This document shows positions 1-13,383 of a DNA stretch of 64,000 nucleotides, piece after piece. The DNA is taken from contig CAVUVW010000014.1 of NCBI GenBank assembly GCA_963745035.1, positions 544,001 through 608,000 of the forward strand. The letters are read 5' to 3'. The notes beneath the pieces were generated by a model that was not told where the DNA came from, ran no database searches, and was given only the letters and a program-made list of their open reading frames with translations. Origin of the DNA: an uncultured delta proteobacterium. Lineage in GTDB: Bacteria > Desulfobacterota > Binatia > UBA9968. The position numbers and the translations under genes were made by a program. Each line of letters begins with the position of its first letter. Positions within the stretch are counted from its first letter, which is position 1.

Positions 1-2
1 TC

Positions 3-422
3 GCCGTGGTCGCGGCGAGCCCCAGCGGGCCATTTGGATTGATTAAGGAAATGTTTGCGGTCGGCAAAATGCTGGCCGAGGTCAAAACGCAGGGCGCCTC
101 AAATGAATTGGTAAAGGCGCTAGTGTCAGAACTTGAAACCGGAGCCCGCGACCAGTCAGCATCGGCCGAACTTCAGGACAAGTCGCCGGACCAAGTCAAG
201 AGTTTGGCGATCCAAAACCTGGGGCAGATCACCGCGCTCCTCGAAAAGAAAGCAACGCCTGAAGAAGTCCAGGGATTTAAACAATGGCTGGTCGCGGTGG
301 CGCAAAAGGTCGCCGAGGCGGCCAAGGAAGGCGGCTTTCTCGGTTTTGGCGGCACACAGGTGAGCGATCAGGAAGCGACGACCATCAGAGAGTTATCCAC
401 GGCGCTTGGGGTCAAGACGTAG
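3..422 (+). CDS. conserved hypothetical protein (5'-truncated by window edge)
   Basis: Open frame from the edge to TAG 422; contains AAKEGGFLGFGGTQVSDQE, a motif of a widespread hypothetical family. Confidence 0.75.
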   Translation, partial: AVVAASPSGPFGLIKEMFAVGKMLAEVKTQGASNELVKALVSELETGARDQSASAELQDKSPDQVKSLAIQNLGQITALLEKKATPEEVQGFKQWLVAVAQKVAEAAKEGGFLGFGGTQVSDQEATTIRELSTALGVKT

Positions 423-491
423 TTCACTTATAAGGCAAGCGTAGTCGCCACCCTGCGGCGCTCAGCGGAGTCCGCAGGGATGCGGTGGCAA

Positions 492-647
492 ATGTTCTGC
501 GTTGCTCAAGGCGCGCACCCCGGCAGCCGCGTAGTGGGGCAGTGGTTGCAGAGCTTCCGCGAATTTCCGCCGCGCCAAAAGCCGGGCAGCTTCAATCTCG
601 ACCAAGTGATGGAAGCGGTGACTAGCCATCAAGGCAGCGGCACGTAG
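492..647 (+). pseudogene. arylsulfatase C-terminal remnant
   Basis: 531-647 translates VVGQWLQSFREFPPRQKPGSFNLDQVMEAV...*, matching the C-terminus of the intact sulfatase at 26561 (VVGRFLATFKDYPPRQKAASFTVDQVL); rest of the gene is absent. Confidence 0.75.
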
Positions 648-844
648 TGACGCGTACCGGCACTCGCTGAAGCAAAAAACACGAATCGACAATATTGGCT
701 ATGGCGAGATCGGCGTGTACGGCGGCCCGCGGCGTACCGCCGCGTTCCAGGCGTTCACGAAAGAAAATCCGCCCATCTTCATGGCCACGACGGATCCGCA
801 CACGGCGCCAGATTAATGAGATGTGAGCAGAAAGGAGAAACTCA

Positions 845-1846
845 ATGAGGCGCACAATAATAGGCCCAATGAAGATGGCCGCGTACTTATTATTTTCGCT
901 GGTGATTACCCAAGCGCATGCCCAGACGAGCGCACTCCCGTCCTGGAACGACGGCAAGAGCAAGCAGTCCATTGTGGAGTTCGTGAAGCGCGTCACTACG
1001 AAAGGCGCAAAAGACTTCGTCCAGCCCGCCGAACGGATCGCGGTATTCGACAACGACGGCACGCTTTGGGCCGAGCAGCCGATCTATTTCCAGCTCGCCT
1101 TCGCCCTGGACCGGGTGAAGACGCTCGCGCCGCAACACCCGGAGTGGAAGGAAAAGGAGCCCTTTGCGTCGCTCATCAAAGGCGACGTGAAAGGCGCGCT
1201 GGCAGGCGGCGAGAAAGCGCTCGTGGAAATCATCATGGCGACGCACGCGGGAACGACGACCGAGGAATTCGAGGACATCGTGCGCGACTGGTTAACTACT
1301 GCAAAGCACCCAAAAACAGGGCGGCGTTACAACGAGATGATCTACCAGCCGATGGTCGAGCTGCTTCGCTACCTGCGCGCAAACGGATTCAAGACGTATA
1401 TCGTTTCCGGCGGCGGCGTCGAATTCATGCGGCCGTGGGTGGAGAAGGCCTACGGCATCCCGCCCGAGCAGGTAGTCGGGAGCACGATTAAGACGAAGTT
1501 CGAGATGCGCGACGGAAAGCCGGTGATCCTACGGCTGGCGGAAATCGATTTCATCGACGACAAGGCAGGCAAGCCAGTGTCGATCAACAAGTTCATCGGA
1601 CGGCGCCCGATCTTCGCCTTCGGCAATTCCGACGGCGATCACGAGATGCTTCTCTGGACGGCGGCCGGACGCGGCGCGCGCTTTATGGGTATTGTTCATC
1701 ACACCGACGCCGAGCGCGAGTGGAGCTACGACCGCACATCGTCCATTGGCAAGCTCGACAAGGCACTCGACGATGCCAGAGCGAACGGTTGGACGGTAAT
1801 GGACATGAAGAAAGACTGGAAGCGGATATTCGCGTTCGAGAAATGA
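845..1846 (+). CDS. secreted HAD-superfamily hydrolase (nonspecific acid phosphatase-like)
   Basis: Signal peptide ending AHA-Q; HAD motif I FDNDGTLW, motif II IVSGG, motif IV FGNSDGD; SD AAGGAG upstream. Confidence 0.9.
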   Translation: MRRTIIGPMKMAAYLLFSLVITQAHAQTSALPSWNDGKSKQSIVEFVKRVTTKGAKDFVQPAERIAVFDNDGTLWAEQPIYFQLAFALDRVKTLAPQHPEWKEKEPFASLIKGDVKGALAGGEKALVEIIMATHAGTTTEEFEDIVRDWLTTAKHPKTGRRYNEMIYQPMVELLRYLRANGFKTYIVSGGGVEFMRPWVEKAYGIPPEQVVGSTIKTKFEMRDGKPVILRLAEIDFIDDKAGKPVSINKFIGRRPIFAFGNSDGDHEMLLWTAAGRGARFMGIVHHTDAEREWSYDRTSSIGKLDKALDDARANGWTVMDMKKDWKRIFAFEK

Positions 1847-2020
1847 AACTGGGTCTTCAGCAAGTATCATGGCGCGCCGACGAAAAAACAAACGCCCCTC
1901 GACAAAAACTTCAAACGAGGGGCAAACAGAAAGATCCCAAAAAGGTACGTCGCATAGATCGAGCCAAGCGAGAATACGAATCATCTCGCTTGGTGTTGCA
2001 AGTGCGATCGCGGTGGGCTC

Positions 2021-2230
2021 GTGGCTTATTTGGCTTTTCAGAATCGTCCATTGGTCGGGGTTGGCGCGATAGCCGGCAGAGCCGGTACGGCGGCTGCGGT
2101 TTCCGGGGCAAGCACGGTTGTGAGCGAGGTTTTTTTTCAGACCGTCGAGGCAGACGCGAGGCGAACCGCCAGAGAGATTGCCGATCATATGGCCGGCTAT
2201 TACAAGGAGCGCGGTTGGCTTACGCGTTGA
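2021..2230 (+). pseudogene. DUF4410-like protein C-terminal remnant
   Basis: TVEADARRTAREIADHMAGYYKERGWL resembles the C-termini of the 15832 and 40895 paralogs (AKATADAIAEELRIRFRQRGWI; QVARYLSEFFAKQGWI). Confidence 0.6.
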
Positions 2231-2493
2231 AATTCTTGGTCGCGGCGGTGAGCCACGGCGATCCAAACAGAGCCCGATGGAGTCCTGCTGCTCCAAGGAG
2301 TGACGGGTGGCGAAAGAGTCGGAGCAGGTGTAGGACGGTCAGCGAGGCGCTAGACAAGGCTAGGCGACAAGAACTAAACATGCCTCTGGGCCTGACTCGT
2401 CCCTGTGTTGGGGCTCGCCGCGCGGTGCTGTTCGAAGTGGACCGGCTTTGAAGCGTATACCGGGCTTTTGGCCCGAGCCACAGGAGTTACCCG

Positions 2494-3129
2494 ATGGGAC
2501 CATCTCCTGAAAACACCCGACCCTCCGCTGATGAGGCGTTGGCGCGGCTGATGGATGGGAATCGACGGTTTCTCCGGGGCGAGGCGCGCACTGGCGCCTT
2601 CCGGCGAGAGACACTGGCCGATCTCGCCAAGGCCCAGCGACCCTACGCGACCATCCTCGGTTGCAGCGACTCGCGCGTGGCGCCCGAGTGGATTTTCGAT
2701 ACCGGCCTGGGAGAGCTGTTTGTGGTGCGCGTTGCCGGCAACATTCTCTCGCCGGAGATTGCAGGGAGCCTGAAGTATGCGGGGTCGTATCTGGAGACAC
2801 CGTTGTTCGTGGTACTCGGCCACGAGGGATGCGGGGCGATCAGCGCGGCGCTGGCTACCAAGCACAAGGCGGAGCAGTTCCACTCTCGGGTTCAACTGCT
2901 GCTGGCGAGCATCGTCCCCGGCCTTCCAGATCTCGATGTGCAGCTTTCTCCCGAAGAACAGTTGTCGCGTGCCGTCGAAGGCAACGTGCGGTGGACGGTC
3001 CGGCAGATCCTGGATTCGCCGGAGGGACAGGCGCGTGCGGCGGAAGGGCGCATGAAGATCGTCGGCGCGGTTTATGAAATCGAAACGGGTAGCGTGAGAT
3101 TCTTGCCCCCGGACGCGTTTCGGGGGTAG
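2494..3129 (+). CDS. beta-class carbonic anhydrase
   Basis: GCSDSRV and GHEGCGA zinc motifs, VRVAGN. Confidence 0.93.
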   Translation: MGPSPENTRPSADEALARLMDGNRRFLRGEARTGAFRRETLADLAKAQRPYATILGCSDSRVAPEWIFDTGLGELFVVRVAGNILSPEIAGSLKYAGSYLETPLFVVLGHEGCGAISAALATKHKAEQFHSRVQLLLASIVPGLPDLDVQLSPEEQLSRAVEGNVRWTVRQILDSPEGQARAAEGRMKIVGAVYEIETGSVRFLPPDAFRG

Positions 3130-3132
3130 ACG

Positions 3133-4836
3133 ATGAGCGTGACCGCTGATCCTCGGGCCTCCGCGTCATCCCGGAACGTCCTACGCGGCGATTTTTTCGG
3201 CGGCGTGGCGGCCGGCGTCATAGCGCTGCCGCTGGCGCTCGCCTTCGGCGTCGCGTCGGGACTGGGGCCAGCGGCGGGCCTTTACGGCGCCATCGCGACC
3301 GGCATCGTCGCGGCGGTGTTTGGGGGCACGCCCGTGCAGATCACCGGCCCGACGGGCCCGATGACGCTGGTCGTGGCCGGCGTGGTGGCGACGAACACGC
3401 TTCCTTCCGGCGCGGTCGACCTTCCTCGCGTCGTAGGGATCGTTGTGCTCGCCGGGTTGCTGCAGATCGCTCTCGGGCTGTTTCGGGTCGGCGCCTACAT
3501 CCGTTACGTTCCCTACCCCGTCATCTCCGGGTTCATGAGCGGCATCGGGGTGATCATCATCCTTCAGCAGCTGTTCCCGATGTTTGGCGCGGAGCCGCCG
3601 TCGTCGGACCCACTGTCGATCCTCCGCCAGTTGCCCCTGCTAGGCGGCAACGTCAAATGGGGTGCCGTTGCCGTATCGGCCTTGACCATCGCGACGGTCT
3701 TCATCCTGCCGCGATTCACCAAAGCGGTTCCGGCCTCGCTCGTGGCGCTCGTGACGCTGACGGCGTTGGCGGTGTTGCTGAACCTCGACGTTTCGGTGAT
3801 CGGCGAGATACCGTCAGGGCTGCCGAGCCTGGTGATGCCAGCGCTGGACTTTCAGCAGGTGCCTTCGTTGACGGCCGCCGCGCTCCAGCTGGCGTTCCTT
3901 GGGGCAATCGACTCGTTGCTGACGTCGCTCGTCGCCGACAACCTGACGCGCACGCAGCACGACAGCAATCGTGAACTCGTCGGGCAGGGCCTGGGAAACA
4001 TCGCCGCCGGTCTGATCGGCGGAATTCCCGGCGCCGGCGCCACCATGCGCACCGTCGTCAACGTCGAGGCCGGCGGGAGAAGCCGGCTATCGGGTGTGAT
4101 CCATGGCCTGTTCCTGGCCGCCGTGCTGCTCGGCCTGTCGGGCCTCGTCCAGCATGTTCCCCGCGCCGTCCTTGCGGGTCTGCTCGTTGCCGTCGGGATC
4201 GGCATCATCGACTACCGCGGCATCAGCCATATCCTCAAGGTGCCACGGTCGGATGCGTTCCTGATGCTCTTCGTCCTCGTGCTGACCGTGTTCACCGATC
4301 TGATCATCGCGGTGGCCGCCGGCCTCATCGTGGCGTCGTTCGTCTTCATGAAGAAGGTAAGCGACATCACCGAACGGCAGACGACGCTTTCGCCGGTCGC
4401 CGATGAACCTTGGGCGGATGAGCTGACCATCCCGGACACGATCCGCAACAAGCTCCTCATCAAGCACGTCGACGGGCCGCTCTTTTTCGGTTTCGCCAGC
4501 CAGTTCCTCGACATCGCCCGTCAGGCGGCGACGCAAAGCAGGCTCCTGGTTCTGCGCATGGACCGCATCTCCTACATGGACCAGACAGGCGTCTACGCGC
4601 TGAAGGATGCCCTGACGAGACTGATTGCGGCCGGGGTGCGCGTGCTGGTGGTGGGCGTTTCCGTGGCCCACCGCGATCTCCTCGAGACGCTGCAGGTGAT
4701 CCCGGCGGTCGTTCCCGAATCCGACGTCTTCAGCGACTTCGACACATTGAAGAAGGCACTTGTCGTCAGCATCGGGAAGATGCAGGCGAAATCGAGCAGT
4801 CGCTTAGGAGAAACTCAAGGCAGTGTCAGCGGATAA
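3133..4836 (+). CDS. SulP family anion (bicarbonate/sulfate) transporter with STAS domain
   Basis: LPLALAFG, ITGPTGPM, DSLLTS, GAGATMRT, C-terminal GPLFFG and YMDQTG STAS; directly follows the beta-CA gene. Confidence 0.93.
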   Translation: MSVTADPRASASSRNVLRGDFFGGVAAGVIALPLALAFGVASGLGPAAGLYGAIATGIVAAVFGGTPVQITGPTGPMTLVVAGVVATNTLPSGAVDLPRVVGIVVLAGLLQIALGLFRVGAYIRYVPYPVISGFMSGIGVIIILQQLFPMFGAEPPSSDPLSILRQLPLLGGNVKWGAVAVSALTIATVFILPRFTKAVPASLVALVTLTALAVLLNLDVSVIGEIPSGLPSLVMPALDFQQVPSLTAAALQLAFLGAIDSLLTSLVADNLTRTQHDSNRELVGQGLGNIAAGLIGGIPGAGATMRTVVNVEAGGRSRLSGVIHGLFLAAVLLGLSGLVQHVPRAVLAGLLVAVGIGIIDYRGISHILKVPRSDAFLMLFVLVLTVFTDLIIAVAAGLIVASFVFMKKVSDITERQTTLSPVADEPWADELTIPDTIRNKLLIKHVDGPLFFGFASQFLDIARQAATQSRLLVLRMDRISYMDQTGVYALKDALTRLIAAGVRVLVVGVSVAHRDLLETLQVIPAVVPESDVFSDFDTLKKALVVSIGKMQAKSSSRLGETQGSVSG

Positions 4837-4850
4837 ACAAAGATGCGCGA

Positions 4851-5666
4851 CTAGTATTTTTCGGGTACGAAGTTTCGGCCTTCCAAGCTGGCTTGGTCAT
4901 CGTAGGCGCCTTTTTTCGAGCGCCGAGGCAGTTTCACTTTTTCCTGGGCTACCTTTTCGTAGGGAATGAGACTCAGGAGATGCGAAATACAGTTGAGGCG
5001 CGCCTGTTTCTTGTTGTCTGAACGCAAGATGTACCAGGGCGCATACGTTGTATCCGTCGCCTCTAGCATCTTGTCGCGTGCATGAGAATAGTCGTACCAG
5101 CGGCTGCGCGATGGCAGGTCCATAGGGCTCAGCTTCCACTGCCGCAACGGATCGTTGATGCGCGCTTCAAAACGGCGCTCCTGTTCGTCATTGCCAACTT
5201 CCAGCCAATATTTGATCAGCTGAATGCCTCCGTCTACGATGAATCTTTCGACCTCTGGGCAAAGTTCGAGGAAGCGGCGGTACTCTTCTTTCGTGCAAAA
5301 CCCCATCACTTGCTCCACGCCAGCGCGGTTGTACCAACTGCGGTCGAAGAGTACGATTTCGCCCGCCGCAGGAAAATGCTCGATGTAACGCTGAATATAC
5401 ATCTGCGACTTCTCGCGGTCCGACGGGGCGGGGAGCGCGACGACACGAAACACGCGCGGACTCACACGCCCTGTGATCGCTTTGATGGTACCGCCCTTCC
5501 CGGCGCCGTCACGTCCTTCGAACACGACGATGATCCGCATGCCCTTAAGCTTGACCCAATCCTGAAGGCGGCAAAGCTCCGCCTGCAGCCGCCGCAGTTC
5601 CTTTTCATATTGTTTACGTTTAAGCTTGGGCCGGCGCTTGCTTATTTGGTCTTTAGCCATGGGCAT
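4851..5666 (-). CDS. ppk2: polyphosphate kinase 2
   Basis: FEGRDGAGKGG Walker A, FDRSWYNR, WKLSPMD. Confidence 0.95.
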   Translation of the reverse strand: MPMAKDQISKRRPKLKRKQYEKELRRLQAELCRLQDWVKLKGMRIIVVFEGRDGAGKGGTIKAITGRVSPRVFRVVALPAPSDREKSQMYIQRYIEHFPAAGEIVLFDRSWYNRAGVEQVMGFCTKEEYRRFLELCPEVERFIVDGGIQLIKYWLEVGNDEQERRFEARINDPLRQWKLSPMDLPSRSRWYDYSHARDKMLEATDTTYAPWYILRSDNKKQARLNCISHLLSLIPYEKVAQEKVKLPRRSKKGAYDDQASLEGRNFVPEKY

Positions 5667-5779
5667 CGCTTCTTGATCTCACCAAGTAACATGGTTATCC
5701 ATCTTCGCTCCCTCGATCTCCGTCGGCCAGCGGACTGCGTGTTGATCTGATAGATCGAGGGATAACGGGCGCGGGCGTG

Positions 5780-8505
<2,726 letters not shown>

Positions 8506-8598
8506 AGGGCACGCTTCTTTCGTAAAAACGGCAAGTCAAACATGTATACATAGTGGCTGAACAAGAGTGTCTCCCGCTTTTGTTTCAAGGCTTTACCC

Positions 8599-10507
8599 TC
8601 ATAGCAGATCGGCCAGACCTTGCATGATCTCGTCCTGCACCTCGGGTTTATGCAAGCCTCCTAGATGACCTCCGGAAGGAAAAAACTGCACGTTCTTTTC
8701 GCCCAGAGTGTTGCTTATCCATTCGATGTCTTCCTTGGCAACGAGAAAATCGTTGCGGTTGGCAAAGTGCCGGATCTTGCCGCTTGCCCTCAGAGCGTCG
8801 CCAATCGAACGCAGATCGTTGAGCTTGAACATCTGCTCCGCGCTCTGAATTGCCGCCTCCTGCTTCATATAGTAGGGAATCACGAAGCCGTAGACATACT
8901 CCAGCCAAGAATAGTCGAGGATTTCTTCATAGGCGGGGCTGCGCCGGAACCAGCTTCGGTCGGTTTGTAAGATGCCCGAGTCCCGGCGGGTTTGAGAATT
9001 GTAAATGATCGCGGCGAGCGTCAAGCGATAGGTCAGGCCGATGATAAACTGAGCTTCAATTTCCGTCAAAGGCAGCTCGACATCCGGCTCGAGTTGTCCC
9101 TTGGCCAGGCTGAGGGTCTTCTGAAGGATGTTTTTGATGCGGCCGGCGCGCTCTTCAGGCGGGAAGGCCAGCGGCGCGTTATAAAAAGCGTCGAGCTCCT
9201 CCATGCCTAGCCTCAGTTGCACCGGCGCATCAAGGGTGATGTAGCGATCGAAGCTAACGAGCTTGTTCCCTCCGCTTTGTTCTGCGGCAGCAATAAAAAA
9301 AGCATGAAACGCTCCCATTGAATAGCCCATCAACACGCGCTTGGTTATGCGACCGGGAAATTGCGTGGCGAGGTCTCGATAGACCGCGTCGAGAGCGACG
9401 TGTGTATCGCGCGCGTCCACCGGAGTGTGACCCGGCATGGCAGCAGTTAATGCGCGTTCCATGAATTCCCAGTTGTAGGCGCTGCTGAGAATAGCCACTG
9501 AAAATCCTCGGCGATAAGCCATCTCCGCTAGCGCCAGCGCACTGCCGCTGTAGCGATGCCCGCCTAAGCCGGGCAAGACAAATGTGAGCGGTGCCGGTTT
9601 GTCCTGCAGTTTGAAATTGTAGGGCAGGTTTCTTCCCGTAGACGGCAGTGAAACCTCTCGTGTATCGATCGTCGACAGAAAGTCAGCATCTTTGACGTTC
9701 AAAAATAGCAACCCTAAACTTTCTACCGCAGCGGCTTTTTCATCCCCATACTCGAAATCTTCAACGCTTATTGACCGGTTCAACAACCATACAATCCTTG
9801 AGATAGCGTACGGGTCATAGGTCGACTCGGTAAATTGTTTATAAGACTCGACGGAATCGGTTAGCTCGTTAAAGGTAAATGCCAGACGGGGGAGAAAGAA
9901 ATAGCTTAGAGGATCGGTCAAAGAGTCCGGCCATAGGCCGAGCGCATCCCTTAGCGTTGACGGACCGAGTAGCGGCAACATTAAATACGCCGAGGGGTTC
10001 CAGCCCCAGGCGGCGAACACTTGGCCAAAATCCTCCCGCGATGGCTTAATGCCCCATTCGGTGGCGGGATCGAAGAAGCCGAGCAGTCCCACCGTCGTAT
10101 TGAGGACAAAGCGCAGCGTTTCATCGCCAGCGCCGGCTAGCCTTACCTTGAAGCAAATTGGCTAATAGATGGCGTGGATAAAGGATATTCGTACCGAAAC
10201 GCGTCAGACTATCGCGCACGGGTTTGGGTATCAAAAAGCGGTAGCCCTTGGCCAACGGGTCGGCAACTCCTAAAATCACGCCGTGATTGAAAACGCCAAT
10301 ACTTCGGTTCATCCGTTCGAGCGGATCCGAAAATTCGATGAATTCACGGGCATCAATCTCTGTCTTTTGGAATTGCTCAGCGCCCGGACCGCCATAATTC
10401 GACCAGTCGCGACGGTGCACGGTGTGACTGCAGCCCAAACATAGAAGCCCCATGAACATCCATGTTGCGTAGCGGTTCTTGCAAAACTGAAGTCCCAGCA
10501 TAAACAA
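8599..10507 (-). CDS. MlaA/VacJ lipoprotein fused to an alpha/beta hydrolase domain (frameshift ~10141)
   Basis: Lipobox LGC; DPLERMNR, RFVLNTTVGLLGFFDPA, EDFGQ and LPLLGPSTLRD (VacJ); then PGLGG, GYSMG nucleophile elbow and GGHLG. Confidence 0.8.
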
Positions 10508-10600
10508 ATCGTTTTTCTCGCGTTCTGCCAGTCTCGCTCTTGGTCTCTCTCAGTTACTTGCTTATGGCCGCTTCGCTACCAGCCCCCTTAGCCCTCCAAC

Positions 10601-10620
10601 AATTGGACCTTGGTCCAATA
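10601..10620 (-). promoter_or_regulatory. 20-bp palindromic operator, copy 1 (leftward promoter)
   Basis: AATTGGACCTTGGTCCAATA; on the minus strand TGG-TAGCGA follows, hexamer 22 nt downstream. Confidence 0.75.
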
Positions 10621-10765
10621 GATCATCCGGCGTTCGCAGGCATACCCGCGGGAGCAAGCCGTACTCGCGACAAGTCTCTATTTGAGAAGTTCAACAGTGA
10701 GAGAGAAGCGACTCCGCGTAAGCAAAATTCAAAACCCCGTTCGCCTCGGTGGGTCGGAATCTTGA

Positions 10766-10785
10766 TATTGGACCAAGGTCCAATA
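10766..10785 (+). promoter_or_regulatory. 20-bp palindromic operator, copy 2
   Basis: TATTGGACCAAGGTCCAATA; TGA-TAATTT, hexamer at 10806 (20-nt gap); upstream of the DUF3604 operon. Confidence 0.8.
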
Positions 10786-10998
10786 GTCCTGCAATTCATT
10801 CCTGATAATTTGCCCCCGGCGGCGATCCGTCGAGCGACGAGATGGTTGCACAGCTATGGCAAATCTCAGCGCTTTCGGCTTTTGGCCCGAGTAGACCGAG
10901 ACGCAGCATTTTTCGGAGCAGCGTACGGCTGGAAGTTCGGAGCCATCGCTATGAGTGCAGTTGCAAACAGCGTCAGCAAGCAAAGGATGGCAAAAACA

Positions 10999-12981
10999 AT
11001 GGCGAAAAAGAAATTACTGCTAAACTCAGCAAAAAACATCAAACGCCGTACCTTCATGAAGATCGCCGCGGCGACGGCTGCCGGCGTCGCCGTACCAGTG
11101 TTGGCGCAGATGCAGACCGACGTCGGTACGCTCGATAAGGAGCAAGCCGCTAAAGCCTTCCCCAGCAAATCGCCGTACTCGCCGTACGCGGGACACGATT
11201 TTCCGACCCGGCCGTTTTTCGGCGACACCCACACACACACGTCGTTCTCGATGGATGCCGGCGCTTTCGGCGCCCGGCTCGGTCCGGCCGATGCCTACCG
11301 CTTCGGCAAGGGACAAGAAGTTGTCGCCTCCAGCGGCCAGCGCGCCAAGCTCTCGCGTCCGCTCGATTTCATGGCGGTCACCGATCATTCAGACCAAATG
11401 GGATTTTTCCCGGATCTCTTCGCGGGCAAGGCTGAAATACTCGGCGATCCGGCGGGGCGCAGGTGGTACGACATGATTCAGTCGGGCAAGGGCGCGGAAG
11501 CAGCCGTTGAAATTATCGTGGCGTTTTCCCAGGGTACCTTCCCTAAGAAGCTGCAGTATTTGCCGGGTTCGTCGGCGTACCGCAGCGCCTGGCGCGAAAC
11601 GATCAAGACAGCGGACGATGCTAACGACCCCGGCCGGTTTACGGCCTTCATCGGCTTCGAGTGGACCTCGAACACCGGCGGCAACAATCTCCACCGAAAC
11701 GTCATCTTTCGCGAAAACGGAGAGCGCGCTCGTTTAGTCGAGCCGTTCACCGTTTATCCGCCGCTCGGCAGCGATAATCCGCGCGATCTCTGGAAATGGA
11801 TGGCGATGACGGAAGAAAAAACCGGCAGCGAAGTGCTAGCGCTGGCGCACAATGGCAATCTCAGCAACGGCCGCATGTTCCCGATCATCGAGTCGTTCAC
11901 AGGTAACAAGATCGACCGTGCTTACGCCGACGGCCGCACTCGCTGGGAGCCGCTCTACGAAGTGACGCAGATCAAAGGGGACGGCGAAACCCATCCGTTC
12001 CTTTCGCCCAACGATGAGTTCGCCAACTTCGAGCGCTGGGACAAGGGCAATCTCGATCTCAGCGAACCGAAGAAGCCCGAGATGCTCGAGTTCGAATACG
12101 CTCGCTCGGCGCTCAAGAACGGCCTCAAGCTGGAAGCAGAGCTCGGCGTCAATCCTTACAAGTTCGGTCTCGTCGGCAGCACCGACACGCACACCGGGCT
12201 TGCCGCCGTGGAAGAGGATAATTTCTTCGGCAAAGCGTCAAACTCCGAGCCCGGCCCGGACCGCGCTATTCATCCCTGGCTTAAGGCACCCAGCGGCGCA
12301 GTGATCATGGGCTGGGAGCAGACCGCTTCGGGCTACGCCGCCGTCTGGGCCACGGAAAATACTCGCGCCGCGCTTTTCGACGCTATGAAGCGCAGGGAAG
12401 TTTATGGCACCACCGGCCCGCGCATGATCGTGCGCTTCTTCGGCGGATTCGATTTCGAGGCGAGAGACGCGCAGACCCGCTTGCCGGCGAGAATCGGCTA
12501 CACCAAGGGCGTGCCTATGGGCGGCGATCTGTCGAACGCGCCCAAAGGCAAGGCGCCGACGTTTCTCGCCGCCGCTCTGAAAGACCCGATCGGCGCCAAT
12601 CTGGATCGCTATCAGATCATCAAAGGCTGGCTCGACGCCAAGGGCCAGCCCCACGAAAAGATCTACGACGTCGCATGGTCTGGGGCACGCAAGCCGGATC
12701 CGAAAACCGGCAAGCTGCCCTCGGTGGGCAATACGGTGGATGTCGAGAACGCGACCTGGACCAACACCATCGGCGCAACCGAGCTGATCGCCGTGTGGAG
12801 AGATCCGGAATTCGATCCGGCGCAGCGCGCCTTTTACTACGGCCGCGTGATCGAGATTCCGACGCCGCGTTGGACCGCCTACGACGCGAAATATTTCGGC
12901 GTCAAGATGCCGAAGGAAGTGCCGATGACCACCACCGAGCGCGCCTACACTTCACCGATCTGGTATACGCCGGCGAGCTGA
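10999..12981 (+). CDS. Tat-exported DUF3604 protein (PHP-like metallohydrolase fold)
   Basis: Twin-arginine signal KRRTFMK; GDTHTHT, VTDHS, HRNV, HNGNLSNG, GSTDTH and ERAYTSPIWY; the ORF-track start at 10540 is overextended across the promoter. Confidence 0.88.
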   Translation: MAKKKLLLNSAKNIKRRTFMKIAAATAAGVAVPVLAQMQTDVGTLDKEQAAKAFPSKSPYSPYAGHDFPTRPFFGDTHTHTSFSMDAGAFGARLGPADAYRFGKGQEVVASSGQRAKLSRPLDFMAVTDHSDQMGFFPDLFAGKAEILGDPAGRRWYDMIQSGKGAEAAVEIIVAFSQGTFPKKLQYLPGSSAYRSAWRETIKTADDANDPGRFTAFIGFEWTSNTGGNNLHRNVIFRENGERARLVEPFTVYPPLGSDNPRDLWKWMAMTEEKTGSEVLALAHNGNLSNGRMFPIIESFTGNKIDRAYADGRTRWEPLYEVTQIKGDGETHPFLSPNDEFANFERWDKGNLDLSEPKKPEMLEFEYARSALKNGLKLEAELGVNPYKFGLVGSTDTHTGLAAVEEDNFFGKASNSEPGPDRAIHPWLKAPSGAVIMGWEQTASGYAAVWATENTRAALFDAMKRREVYGTTGPRMIVRFFGGFDFEARDAQTRLPARIGYTKGVPMGGDLSNAPKGKAPTFLAAALKDPIGANLDRYQIIKGWLDAKGQPHEKIYDVAWSGARKPDPKTGKLPSVGNTVDVENATWTNTIGATELIAVWRDPEFDPAQRAFYYGRVIEIPTPRWTAYDAKYFGVKMPKEVPMTTTERAYTSPIWYTPAS

Positions 12982-12983
12982 GG

Positions 12984-13028
12984 GAGGGTCGAGGGGGGAA
13001 AAGCGACGAGGGTCGAGGGACGAGTGAG
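12984..13028 (+). repeat. heptamer array, left arm (GAGGGTC/GAGGGAC)
   Basis: gagggtc gaggggg gaaaagc gac gagggtc gagggac gagtgag immediately after the DUF3604 stop. Confidence 0.8.
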
Positions 13029-13383
13029 TCAGAGCGGACTAGAGAGCTTCGGCGCGTACCAAAAAGCGCGACAATTGTTTGATCTCGTCGCCGCGGACAT
13101 GGAGACAGTCAAGACAAATCCTCTCTGCTATCGGCTGGTATCACAACAAATGGGCAGTGCGGATTCCATCTGCGCCAACATCGAAGAAGGTTATGGAAGG
13201 TTGAGCCGGGTTGAGTATGTCCGCTTCCTCGATATCGCACGGGGCTCAGCTCGCGAAACCCGCGGGCGCTATGAGCGGATGAAGCATTGGCTAAACGAGA
13301 ATGTAGTCCGTCAACGGATCGAATTGCTCGATGAGATCATCGGCATATTGACCAGCTCTATTGAAAGGATGAGACGAAGGTGA
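13024..13383 (+). CDS. four helix bundle protein (23S rRNA IVP / Avd-like family)
   Basis: AYQKA...LVSQQMGSADSICANIEEGYGR...YVRFLDIARGSARET family signature. Confidence 0.9.
   Translation: MSQSGLESFGAYQKARQLFDLVAADMETVKTNPLCYRLVSQQMGSADSICANIEEGYGRLSRVEYVRFLDIARGSARETRGRYERMKHWLNENVVRQRIELLDEIIGILTSSIERMRRR

Noticed and set aside
10540-10998. N-terminal 153 aa of the 813-aa ORF
   Set aside because: Runs through two operator sites; the Tat signal indicates a start near 10999
13024-13383. Diversity-generating retroelement implied by the Avd-like gene
   Set aside because: No reverse transcriptase and no TR/VR pair with adenine-specific mismatches seen in the window
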